Of a stretch of 64,000 nucleotides of DNA, positions 51,209 through 59,804 are shown in pieces. The stretch lies in contig CAWDVR010000006.1 in assembly GCA_963805975.1 (NCBI GenBank), positions 264,800 through 328,799 on the forward strand. The letters are read 5' to 3'. This stretch comes from an uncultured Acidobacteriota bacterium. Its GTDB lineage: Bacteria; Acidobacteriota; Thermoanaerobaculia; Multivoradales; SZUA-115. The notes below the pieces were generated by a model. That model was not told where the DNA came from. It did no database searches and saw only the letters and a list, made by a program, of their open reading frames with translations. A program made the position numbers and the translations under genes. Each line of letters starts with the position of its first letter. Position 1 is the first letter of the stretch.

Positions 51209-51311
51209 GACTGAATTCGCTACTGACTCGGAACTGATTCGGCGTCTAAACGGACAACTGATTCGAGCCTAAACAGCCAACTGATTCGAGGCTAGACGGA
51301 CAACTGATTCG
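51209..51311 (+). repeat. Array of AACTGATTCG-core repeats (4 units at 24/23/23 bp spacing plus 2 degenerate cores)
   Basis: Cores at 51232, 51256, 51279 and 51302; variants at 51209 and 51222. Confidence 0.9.
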
Positions 51312-51321
51312 AGGAGAGGGC

Positions 51322-52620
51322 ATGCGAACGAAGCTGTCAGCTCACGTCTTGGAGAATGCAACTCCGCGTGTAACGCGGTATCTGCTTCGAGACACACGGA
51401 CTCTCGGGTTGGCGTTGAAGGTCGAGCCGTCCGGCACTCGCACCTTCGTCTTCGAATATCGCTTGGCCGGCCAGAAGTCGCAGCGCTACAACATCGGGCG
51501 CTACGGCGCGCCCTGGACCCTTGAGCAGGCGCGACGCGAGGCGGGCCGACTGCGCGGGCTGGTGGACCAGGGGATCGATCCGGTAGGGCAGCGGAGAACG
51601 ACCGTCGAGGTTGCCCTGACGGAGTGTTCGCTGGCTGATCTAGCTCAGCGGTTTCTCCTTCATCTCGAGGTCCGACAGCGGCGCCCTTCGACGCTTCGTG
51701 AGTACCGGCGCATTCTCGAATCGTTCGTCCTGCCGCGGCTAGGCCGGCTACCGGTGGGGGAGATCAGCACCAGCCATCTAGAGCACCTACACTCTGAGCT
51801 CAAGGCGACTCCCTATCAGGCGAACCGAATGCTCGCCGTCTTGAGCCGAGCCTTCAACTTGGCCGAGCGATGGGGTTGGCGCCAGCCGGGTACGAATCCC
51901 GTCCGCCACATTGAGCGCTTCCGTGAGGCTCGGAGAGGCGCCAAAAAGGGAGCCATGCTGAGCCCGGGCCAGATCGCGCGCTTTCTGGAAGTTCTCCACG
52001 AGGAGGGGCGCTCGGGCGCTGATCCCTTCGCAGTGGCTGCGATTCAGTTCGCCTTCTGGACGGGCTGGCGGATGGTCAGTGAGGTTCTTCGCCTGCGCTG
52101 GGTCGACGTCGATCTCGACACCGGGCAAGCTCGTCTGCTCAAAACCAAGACGGCGGAGGAGGAGTATCGCAGTCTACCGGACGAGGCGATCGAGATTCTA
52201 TCTTGTCTGCCGCGGATCGCCGGCTATCCTTGGGTCTTCCCGGGGCAAGACGCTGAGAGACCAAGGACGACAGTTCGACGCCAATGGGACCGGATCCGCG
52301 ATAAGGCTGGTCTCAGCGACCTCGAAGACCTGGGCGCCTTCCGCATTCACGACCTACGGCACAACGCTGTCAGCTGGGATGTCTCCCGTGGAGTGAGCCT
52401 CAAGGTAGCCGGCGCCAACGTCGGCCACAGGAGCGTCCGGTCCACCGAGGTCTACAGCCACTTCGCGCCGGACCATCTGCGAGCAGCGGCCAATGCCAGG
52501 TCCAGGGCGATGCGCGACGCTGCGGCAGCGGCGAAGGAGAGCCCGACCCAACCTCGCAGTACTCGAGGTTCATTGGGCACGCCGACGGAGCGGCCTGTTG
52601 GCCGAGGCGCCGCCCCCTGA
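51322..52620 (+). CDS. Tyrosine recombinase/integrase with N-terminal arm-binding domain
   Basis: 'LRD....GLALKV..SG...F', TGWR, KTK, HDLRH, 'GHRS..STEVY'; catalytic set intact. Confidence 0.95.
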   Translation: MRTKLSAHVLENATPRVTRYLLRDTRTLGLALKVEPSGTRTFVFEYRLAGQKSQRYNIGRYGAPWTLEQARREAGRLRGLVDQGIDPVGQRRTTVEVALTECSLADLAQRFLLHLEVRQRRPSTLREYRRILESFVLPRLGRLPVGEISTSHLEHLHSELKATPYQANRMLAVLSRAFNLAERWGWRQPGTNPVRHIERFREARRGAKKGAMLSPGQIARFLEVLHEEGRSGADPFAVAAIQFAFWTGWRMVSEVLRLRWVDVDLDTGQARLLKTKTAEEEYRSLPDEAIEILSCLPRIAGYPWVFPGQDAERPRTTVRRQWDRIRDKAGLSDLEDLGAFRIHDLRHNAVSWDVSRGVSLKVAGANVGHRSVRSTEVYSHFAPDHLRAAANARSRAMRDAAAAAKESPTQPRSTRGSLGTPTERPVGRGAAP

Positions 52621-52665
52621 TGCGTTCCAACCAGGTCAGCCGGTCTCGCTGCTACAATTCTGCCG

Positions 52666-53277
52666 ATGGCACTTCTCGACACCCTCCTACCGACGGACAC
52701 TGAGCTGGGGGTTCACCCGGACCGCTTGGGACCTATCCGGGCGGCGGAGTTCGAGAGCTGGCCGCAGGACCCCGACAACCCCATGGAGCTCGTGGCCGGA
52801 TGGGTGGTGCCGATGTCACCAGGAACGTTCTACACGGGCGAGCGAAGTGGGATGCTTTTCTCCGTGTTGCTTCCGAGGATCCAAGAGCTCGGCTGGAAGA
52901 TGAGCCAGGATGCCCGCCACCGGCTCCCGCACCCTGCCAACACAACGGTCTACCCCGACCTTGCCATCCACTGCACCGGCGAGATCGCCTTCGTTCCCGG
53001 CACTGAGACGGTCTCCCGCGTCCCCGACGTGGTGATCGAGCTGCTGAGTGAGGCGACTGCCGAGCGCGATCGCGCGCCGCGTGGGGCCAAGTTCCTGGCC
53101 TACCAGATGAGCGGCGTCTCCGAGTATTACTATGCTTGGCCAGACGGCCGTGAGTCGGCAGGATTCCGGCTCGTGAACGGGGTCTTCGTGCCCGTCGAGT
53201 CAGACGCCGAGGGCTTCTTCGCCAGCCCGCTCCTCGGACGACGCCTGCGGCTCGTGCCGGCTGCGCTCGCTACGTGA
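52666..53277 (+). CDS. Uma2-family endonuclease
   Basis: 'ELVAGW..MSP', 'YPDL', 'PDVVIELLS..TAERD...K...Y...GV.EY'. Confidence 0.88.
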   Translation: MALLDTLLPTDTELGVHPDRLGPIRAAEFESWPQDPDNPMELVAGWVVPMSPGTFYTGERSGMLFSVLLPRIQELGWKMSQDARHRLPHPANTTVYPDLAIHCTGEIAFVPGTETVSRVPDVVIELLSEATAERDRAPRGAKFLAYQMSGVSEYYYAWPDGRESAGFRLVNGVFVPVESDAEGFFASPLLGRRLRLVPAALAT

Positions 53278-53283
53278 GAGGCC

Positions 53284-53312
53284 GGCGGCAGAGCCGCGAG
53301 CACTCTGCCGCC
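53284..53312. terminator. Hairpin between convergent genes
   Basis: GGCGGCAGAG-N9-CTCTGCCGCC. Confidence 0.6.
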
Positions 53313-53322
53313 AAGCTTGAAC

Positions 53323-53697
53323 TTAGCACTGGGCTAACGCCCTCTCGATCGAAGCCGCGACCTTCTCTACCTTCGTCGCCCACTTGTCGGCCTTGAGGGC
53401 GAGCCAGTCCTCGGGCGCCGGGAGCGAGTGCCGCTCGCGTTCCTCCGCCACGCTCTCGAGGTATCCGCTCACCCGGTGCAAGTCGGCTGCGGCTGCTCGG
53501 AGCTGGATGGTCGTGGCCATCTCCTTCTCGCTGGTACCCCACTGGTGGAGCTCGTTGAGGTACTCCATCAGGAGATCGCCCAGCGCGAGGAACGTGTCCA
53601 CCTTCTTGGGGTCGTCCAAGCGGAGGAGGAAGGTCTGACGGAAGACATCTTCCTCGGGATGGGGTGGCTGCGGCGTAGAATCGGGTCGGTCGCTCAT
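53323..53697 (-). CDS. Hypothetical helical protein, 124 aa, candidate antisense-regulated toxin
   Basis: ATG with GGAGG RBS; acidic and helical, no recognised domain. Confidence 0.7.
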   Translation of the reverse strand: MSDRPDSTPQPPHPEEDVFRQTFLLRLDDPKKVDTFLALGDLLMEYLNELHQWGTSEKEMATTIQLRAAAADLHRVSGYLESVAEERERHSLPAPEDWLALKADKWATKVEKVAASIERALAQC

Positions 53698-53764
53698 GGT
53701 GGCCTGTCCTCCATGGGTGGCTAGGGTCGGCGGGGTGTGCACACACTCCGTCGGCCCGTTGGTT
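53688..53764 (+). ncRNA. Putative SymR-like cis-antisense sRNA
   Basis: TAGAAT -10 box at 53676 inside the CDS. The RNA would cover the start codon and RBS and end in hairpin GGTCGGCGGGGTGTG-CA-CACACTCCGTCGGCC. Confidence 0.5.
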
Positions 53765-53826
53765 GAAAAACCGGGCCGGGCGTCCACACGGCGTCCGGCT
53801 TTGGCTTGAGAACGGTGCGACAGCCT

Positions 53827-53868
53827 CTAAGATGCTGCTGTGCTGCTAGCAGCATCTTAGCACAGCAG
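53827..53868. promoter_or_regulatory. Nested inverted repeats, probable RHH operator
   Basis: CTAAGATGCTGCT-N8-AGCAGCATCTTAG overlapped by CTGCTGTGCT...AGCACAGCAG. Confidence 0.65.
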
Positions 53869-53890
53869 TGCCACGCTAGACTGTCTCCCT

Positions 53891-54085
53891 ATGCCGAAGC
53901 CCGACACGCGAACAGGCCCCCGAGGCGGAAAGCACACCGTGACCCAGACGGGACTGCTGCGGAAGACCTTCAACCTGCATCGCGATGAATGGGTCGCTCT
54001 TCGACAGAAGGCGTTTGAAGAGGAGCGCTCCGCTTCGGAGATCGTCCGAGAAATGCTGAGGAAGTACCTGGCGATCCCCGACTGA
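53891..54085 (+). CDS. Ribbon-helix-helix (CopG-like) DNA-binding protein
   Basis: 'RKTFNL....W.AL...A.EE.RS.SEIVRE.L.KYL'. Confidence 0.8.
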   Translation: MPKPDTRTGPRGGKHTVTQTGLLRKTFNLHRDEWVALRQKAFEEERSASEIVREMLRKYLAIPD

Positions 54086-54488
54086 GGAACCGGGTCTCTC
54101 AAGGCTACAGACAGAGGCTCCGTCGGTCCTTTCCCTCCGCCAGCATCTGTGCTGCCCACCCCCAAGCCGGCGCGCGGTGTGCCCGCGATCCCTGCACTCG
54201 AGCGAGGTTTGGGCTAGCGCTAGGGCTAGAGCTGAGCCAGGAAAGTCGGCCCGACAGGAACGATCTCCAGCAGTCGTCAACAGCAGAGCTTCCCGCCGCC
54301 GATTGCCGATCAGCGAACTGGCGGTGAGGGTGGGGAACCAGCTCCCTGAGCCGAGGACGGGTTGAGGCCCGCGACCAAGCGGAGCCCGGCGACGAAAGCC
54401 GGCCGAGGAGTCTGCAGACCTTAATGCGGCCTGTAATCTTCGTTTTCTACTATATTCCATCCATTGAATTTCTAGAGGTTGAGGTGCT

Positions 54489-55166
54489 ATGACCGAACTA
54501 CCCCTGCGAGTGCTGCTCGCCGACGACCACCCGTTGATGTTGGAGGGCCTGAGGAAGCTCCTCGCGCCCGACTGTGAGATCGTCGGGGCGGTGACCGGCG
54601 CTTCCTTGTTCCTCGAAGCCGCCAGGCGGCTGCGGCCCGACCTCGCCGTTGTCGACATCTCGATGCCCGGGATGGACGGGTTCGAAGCCACGCGGCGGTT
54701 ACAAGAGATCGCCCCCGGCACGCGCGTCCTGATCCTGAGCTTCCATAGCGAGCCCTCCTGGGTGCGGGCGGCCTTCGAAGCCGGCGCTTGGGGCTACGTG
54801 TGCAAGACCTCCGCCGCCGAGGAGATCGGGCTCGCCCTGCGAGAGGTGTCACGAGGCCGTTTCTACGTCAGCCCGATCGTCACACGAGGATTGATGACTA
54901 CCGCGCTCCCCGGCGCCGTGCGTCCCTCGGCGGTCCACCCACAGGCCCCCATCGCGGCGCCGGCGAGCGATGCGCTCACCCGACGCGAGCAGGACATCGT
55001 CTGCCTGGTAGCACGGGGTTTGGGCAACAAGGACATTGCCCACCATCTCGGCGTCTCCGTGGCCACGGTGCGCACTCACCTGAGCAGTGTGTACGAGAAG
55101 CTGGGCTCGACGAGCCGCGTGGAGCTGGCGCTCCTCGCCGCCCAAGGCGGCGCGGCAGTGATGTGA
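54489..55166 (+). CDS. NarL/FixJ-family response regulator
   Basis: 'LADDH', 'VVDISMPGMDG', LuxR HTH 'LTRREQDI...GLGNKDIA...TVRTH'. Confidence 0.95.
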   Translation: MTELPLRVLLADDHPLMLEGLRKLLAPDCEIVGAVTGASLFLEAARRLRPDLAVVDISMPGMDGFEATRRLQEIAPGTRVLILSFHSEPSWVRAAFEAGAWGYVCKTSAAEEIGLALREVSRGRFYVSPIVTRGLMTTALPGAVRPSAVHPQAPIAAPASDALTRREQDIVCLVARGLGNKDIAHHLGVSVATVRTHLSSVYEKLGSTSRVELALLAAQGGAAVM

Positions 55167-55167
55167 G

Positions 55168-57084
55168 ATGCCGCGCGCCTCACGCTCGGCCGCCGGCTCC
55201 TTGATCACCGGCGAGGAGGAGGCCCGGCGTCGGCTCGCCCGCGAGCTCCACGACGATCACGGCCAGCGGCTCACCGCCCTTGCCTTCGAGCTCGGGGCGG
55301 TGCGCCACAAGCTGCCGGAGGAGGATCCGCGGCGCAGCGAGCTGGACGCTGTCGCAGCGCACCTGGGGGAGCTGGGCGAGGATCTGCGCCGCCTGAGCCA
55401 CGAGCTCCACCCCACGGTTCTCGAGCACCGCGGCCTGACCGAGGCCCTGCGTGACTACTGTGGCGAGCTCGGCTTGCGCCACGGCCTGCCAGTGGACCTC
55501 GACCTTCGCCTTGGGGAAGGCCCCTTGCCCTCTGAGATCGCTCTCGGCCTCTACCGCATCGTGCAAGAGGCGCTCACCAACGCCGCTCGCCATGCCGGCG
55601 CCCGGCAGGCCCGGGTCACGCTCTCGGTCGCCGCTGGCGTGGCGCATCTGACGGTGGCCGACGACGGCACCGGGTTCGATCCGGCGGCGGCGCGGCTGGC
55701 CGGTGGGCTGGGGCTGGCGAGCATCGAGGAGCGCGTGCTCCTGCTCGGCGGGCGCTGCCGCATCACCTCGGCCCCCGGCGCCGGCACCGAGGTCGAGGTC
55801 AGCGTGCCATTGCCCGCGCCGGAGACCGTGCTCTCTCAACTGCGCGACCTGGCGCGCCGGTACCGGTGGTGGTTCGCCTCCGCAGTGCTGGTGATCCTGG
55901 CGCTCGCGGGGGGCCTGATCGTCGCCTCCCGGGAGGCGACACGAGCCCGGCGCGAAGCCCTGCAAGCGGATGCGGTGGCGCGGTTCCTGGAGGGCCTCTT
56001 CCAGGCTTCCGACCCTCGGCAAGCTCGGGGCGAGCTGCCCGACGCCCGCGAGCTTCTGCGGCGCGGCACCGAGCGCCTCGCGTCCGAGCTCACCGATCAG
56101 CCGTTGGTGCGCGCGCGGCTTCTCGACACCCTGGGCGGCACCTACACCGAGCTGGGTCTCTTCGACGAGGCCCGTCCGCTGCTCGAGGAGGCACTCGCCC
56201 GGCGCGAGCGGCTGCGCGGCGGCGATCATCTGGAGGTCGCATCGACCCTGGTTCGCCTCGGTGCTCTGGCGCACCTCTCCGGGAAAGGTGAGGCAGAGCC
56301 GCTGTTTCGCCGCGCACTCGGTATCCGCGAGGCGCGTCTCGGGCCCGAACACCCCGACGTGGCGGACGTCCTCAACAAGCTGGGCACGGCGCTCGCCGCC
56401 AAAGGCCGCCTCGACGAGGCGGAGGCCACGCTGCAGAGGGCACTGGCGCTTGAAGAACAGCTCTGGGGGAAGGACGATCCACGGGTGGCCAAGGTGCTCC
56501 ACAACCTTTCGGGCATCGCCCTCTACCGCAGACGGACGGAGGACTTCGAGCGGCTCCTAGAGCGGGCGCTAGCGATCCGCGAGCGGGCTCTCGCCGAGGA
56601 TGACCCCGACCTCGCCGGTAGCCGCGAGGCGCTGGCGCTGCTTCGCCGACGGCAAGGGCGGCCGGCAGAGGCGGCAGCCTTGTTGGAGCGCTTGGTGGCG
56701 ACCGCCGAACGAGTCTACGGCCTCGAGCACTCAGCCCTCGCACGGGCGCTCCTCAACCTCGGCCTGGTGCGGCAGGATCTCCGTGAGGATGTCGCCGCGC
56801 AGGAACTCATCGAGCGCGCACTCGGCATCCTCGGACGCACCGTCGAACCGAGCCATCCCCAGCACGTGCGGGCGCTCGCTGCCTTAGCGGACCTGCACTT
56901 CGAGCGTGGTCGCTACGCTGCAGCCGAGCCTCTCCTGCGGCGGCTGCTGGAGCTGCGAGCAGCCGGCGCCGCCTACGACCAGTGGGACAGACTACTCGCC
57001 CAGTGGGCGAGCACTCTCGCCACTACCGGGCGGGAAAGGGAGGCGGCCGAGACTCGCACCGCCTCCTCTCCAAGCCCGCGGTAG
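55168..57084 (+). CDS. HisKA_3 histidine kinase with single TM and C-terminal TPR array
   Basis: 'EEARRRLARELHDDHGQ', 'RIVQEALTNAARHA', 'DDGTGF', 'GLGL', TM 'WWFASAVLVILALAGGLIV', then 42-aa TPRs ('LGPEHPDVA..LN.LG'). Confidence 0.9.
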   Translation: MPRASRSAAGSLITGEEEARRRLARELHDDHGQRLTALAFELGAVRHKLPEEDPRRSELDAVAAHLGELGEDLRRLSHELHPTVLEHRGLTEALRDYCGELGLRHGLPVDLDLRLGEGPLPSEIALGLYRIVQEALTNAARHAGARQARVTLSVAAGVAHLTVADDGTGFDPAAARLAGGLGLASIEERVLLLGGRCRITSAPGAGTEVEVSVPLPAPETVLSQLRDLARRYRWWFASAVLVILALAGGLIVASREATRARREALQADAVARFLEGLFQASDPRQARGELPDARELLRRGTERLASELTDQPLVRARLLDTLGGTYTELGLFDEARPLLEEALARRERLRGGDHLEVASTLVRLGALAHLSGKGEAEPLFRRALGIREARLGPEHPDVADVLNKLGTALAAKGRLDEAEATLQRALALEEQLWGKDDPRVAKVLHNLSGIALYRRRTEDFERLLERALAIRERALAEDDPDLAGSREALALLRRRQGRPAEAAALLERLVATAERVYGLEHSALARALLNLGLVRQDLREDVAAQELIERALGILGRTVEPSHPQHVRALAALADLHFERGRYAAAEPLLRRLLELRAAGAAYDQWDRLLAQWASTLATTGREREAAETRTASSPSPR

Positions 57085-57116
57085 CGTCGAGTCGAGAACC
57101 AGCAGTCTCTGCAGGT

Positions 57117-57612
57117 CTACGGCAGCGGCACACGCTGGTAGAGGGTAGCCGTCCAGGTAGGCGCAATCGAACTCGGTGACCGGTACCGCACCTGGAGCAA
57201 ACGGGTCCTGCCCGGTGGGATAGATCTTGCCCTGGCAGGATGCGGCGAAGGTGCGGCGATCGTGCGAGAACTGCAGCACGTAATCCACCACCGCCGCGCC
57301 CGAGTACGTTGCAGCCGGCCCCGTCACGTCGAAGTTGAGGTTCACGAAGCGCGCCGCGAGCCTCCTCGGCCCGGTCTTCTTCCACGACCCCAGGCTGTCG
57401 CTGAACGTGAAACCCCCGGCGCCCGAGGTGACCTGATCCGACAGGGTCATGTCCGCCGTACCGTCCTCGTGAAGCTGGAGGATTTCCGCTCTCTCCGGCA
57501 GAGTCGCCATATAGGTGCCCGCGAAGTCGCCACCATGGTCCGATGCCTTGGCGGCGGGGCTCGCTCCGAAAGCGAGCAGCGCCAGGGCTGACAGCAGGCG
57601 TGCAGTCTTCAT
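57117..57612 (-). CDS. Secreted beta-barrel-like hypothetical protein; probable +1 frameshift near 57143
   Basis: Signal peptide. Removing one C gives ...DGYLYQRVPLP* and removes the overlap with the kinase. Homologous to 63088..63561. Confidence 0.7.
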
Positions 57613-57652
57613 TTTCTCTTCTCCTCTGTTTCTGGTGCGTCCTGCGCGAAGG

Positions 57653-59785
57653 TCATTGATAGGTCACCACGAGCTGCGGCCGGTTGGCCGCGGTGCTGTT
57701 GTTGCCGGAGTAGTAACCGAGGTAGTCGTTGCCGTTGTCGTCGTTGTCGTCGAGGTTGAAGTAGATGCGGAGCTGCGTCGTTCCCGTCTTGTTGAGCGCT
57801 GCCAGCCCCGAGGCGTTCAAGCTGCCTTCCGACCAGGCGCCGTTGGAAGCGGCGTTGCTCAGGCTCGCCGCCTGGACGGCGGTCGCCGCGGCCTGGAAGT
57901 CGCCGGTCTGAAGCGTCGTTGACCCGGAGAAGCCGCCGGTCTGGACGTCCACCCGGCAGGTGCCGTGGGTGGTGAAGGGGTTGGTGCCGCTCGACGTGCC
58001 GCGGCGCAGCCGCAGAGTCGCCGACACGATCGTGGCGCCGTCGGGAATTGCCGAGGTATCAAAGGCGACGATGGACTTGTACTGACGGTCGCTTGTGGCG
58101 TCGCCGACTCGCAGAGCGCTGGTGGTGGTGGCGGTCGCGTCGATCGAGCCGCCGGCGTTCGAGGTCTCGGAGGACTCGAGCACCCAGCCGTCCTGGGCGG
58201 TGGCCGAGGTGAAGGTGACGACCGTCGGCGGAGCCACCGGCGTGGCCGAAGCCTCGTTCGAATTCGGCCCCTCGCCCACCCCGTTGGTCGCGGTCACCAC
58301 GTAGTAGTAGGTCGTCCCGTTGGTGAGGCCGGTGTTGGTGAAGCTGGTGGTGGTGACATTGCTCTGAATGGTCGTGTACGGTCCTCCGCTCGCCGTTGCG
58401 CGGTGGACGCGATAGGCGGTCGTGCCGCTCGCGGCCGTCCAGGCAACGCTGATCTGTCCATTGCCCGGCGTGGCCGCAAGTCCACCCGGCGCACCCGGCG
58501 TCGCCTCGCAATACTGGACCTGCTTGCCGATCACGGTGTACGGGCAGGCGGCCTGCTCGAGGAAGTAGAGCACCGCCGCGCGGTTGCGGGAGGTCTGGGC
58601 CGGAATCACCTCGTCCGGAGGATAGAAACCGCCCTGCCCGGAGGTCACCGGATACATCTCGAACGTGTAGCTGAAGATGCGGTGGGCTCCGTAGAGCCAG
58701 TCGCAGACCGTTCCGTCGGTGATATAGAGGTCGCTCATCTGTTGCGGTGTGTAGCCGTTCGTGGCCGCCATGGCCTGGCCTATGGCAACGTACGCGTCGT
58801 GGTCATCCTGAGTCATGTCGGCGGGTACATCGGTGAAGGTGTAGCCATAGGGCCACATCACGAGCTCGCCGAAAGTGTGAAAGTCGATGTGGGCCGTGAT
58901 CTGCTGCACGCCACCGACCACGCGGCTGTCCGCGAAGTCGCGCACCACCTGGGTTTCCGGGGCCGAGAAGGCGGCCGGTCCCCGGTAGGTGTCGCTGCTC
59001 GCCGAGCCGCTGCTGCCGCCGCAGCAACCCCACTTGTAGCCCCAGTTGCGGTTGAGGTCAGTACCGGTCGAGCCGGTGTTGGGCTGGCGGTTTTTGCGCC
59101 AGGAGCGATAGGTGCCGGTCGCGATGTCGTACTCGCCGCCGTCCGGGTTCATGTCGAAGACGATCCAGACCTCGCGACTGTCCACCAGGCCGGTGATCTG
59201 GGGATCGGTGCCGTACTCGTCGGTCAGCATCTTCAGGGTGTAGAGGGCCATCTCGACGGTCAGGTGCTCGCGGGCGTGCTGGTGATGCGTGAACAGCACC
59301 TCCGGCTCGTCCTCGTCGACGCCCACGTTGTCGGAAATCTTGCCGGCCCAGACGGTGCGCCCCTCGTAGGCGGTGCCCAGGCTGAACAGCGAGAAGATGC
59401 CCGGGTGGTCGAAGGCGGCTTGGTTCAGCTCGGCCACCATCTCGGCGTAGTCGTGATAGGCCGAGTCGGCGGGCGGAAAGGCCTTGAGGAATTCCGCCTG
59501 CGTCTCGAACCGCTCGAGCTTCAGACCGAGTTGCCGGATCGCTCGGGCCTCCTGGCGGGTGGCCTCGACCAAGACGTAGTCGTGGCCGACCTCGAAGACG
59601 TCGGCGCCGGTGGCGGCGATGGCGGAGCGGGTGCGAGCGTCGAAGACGTTCGAGATCTGATAGGTGTCGGTGTCTTTGACGGGCTGGGCAGCGGACGGGA
59701 CTACCAGGCTGAGCCCGAGCAGCAGGGCGAAGGTTATGCCGAAGGGCAACAGAGAATTGCGAGCGGATCGGATTCTCAAGGTCAT
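57653..59785 (-). CDS. Secreted M14 zinc carboxypeptidase (carboxypeptidase T-like) + FN3 + C-terminal beta-sandwich, copy 1
   Basis: HARE, NPDG, WRKNR, DLNRNW, DFHT, TFEMYP. Confidence 0.93.
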   Translation of the reverse strand: MTLRIRSARNSLLPFGITFALLLGLSLVVPSAAQPVKDTDTYQISNVFDARTRSAIAATGADVFEVGHDYVLVEATRQEARAIRQLGLKLERFETQAEFLKAFPPADSAYHDYAEMVAELNQAAFDHPGIFSLFSLGTAYEGRTVWAGKISDNVGVDEDEPEVLFTHHQHAREHLTVEMALYTLKMLTDEYGTDPQITGLVDSREVWIVFDMNPDGGEYDIATGTYRSWRKNRQPNTGSTGTDLNRNWGYKWGCCGGSSGSASSDTYRGPAAFSAPETQVVRDFADSRVVGGVQQITAHIDFHTFGELVMWPYGYTFTDVPADMTQDDHDAYVAIGQAMAATNGYTPQQMSDLYITDGTVCDWLYGAHRIFSYTFEMYPVTSGQGGFYPPDEVIPAQTSRNRAAVLYFLEQAACPYTVIGKQVQYCEATPGAPGGLAATPGNGQISVAWTAASGTTAYRVHRATASGGPYTTIQSNVTTTSFTNTGLTNGTTYYYVVTATNGVGEGPNSNEASATPVAPPTVVTFTSATAQDGWVLESSETSNAGGSIDATATTTSALRVGDATSDRQYKSIVAFDTSAIPDGATIVSATLRLRRGTSSGTNPFTTHGTCRVDVQTGGFSGSTTLQTGDFQAAATAVQAASLSNAASNGAWSEGSLNASGLAALNKTGTTQLRIYFNLDDNDDNGNDYLGYYSGNNSTAANRPQLVVTYQ

Positions 59786-59804
59786 TTTCCTTTCGCTTGC
59801 CGGA

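Noticed and set aside
51209-51311. CRISPR array
   Set aside because: Units are only 23-24 bp with mutually similar 'spacers', and there are no cas genes in the window.
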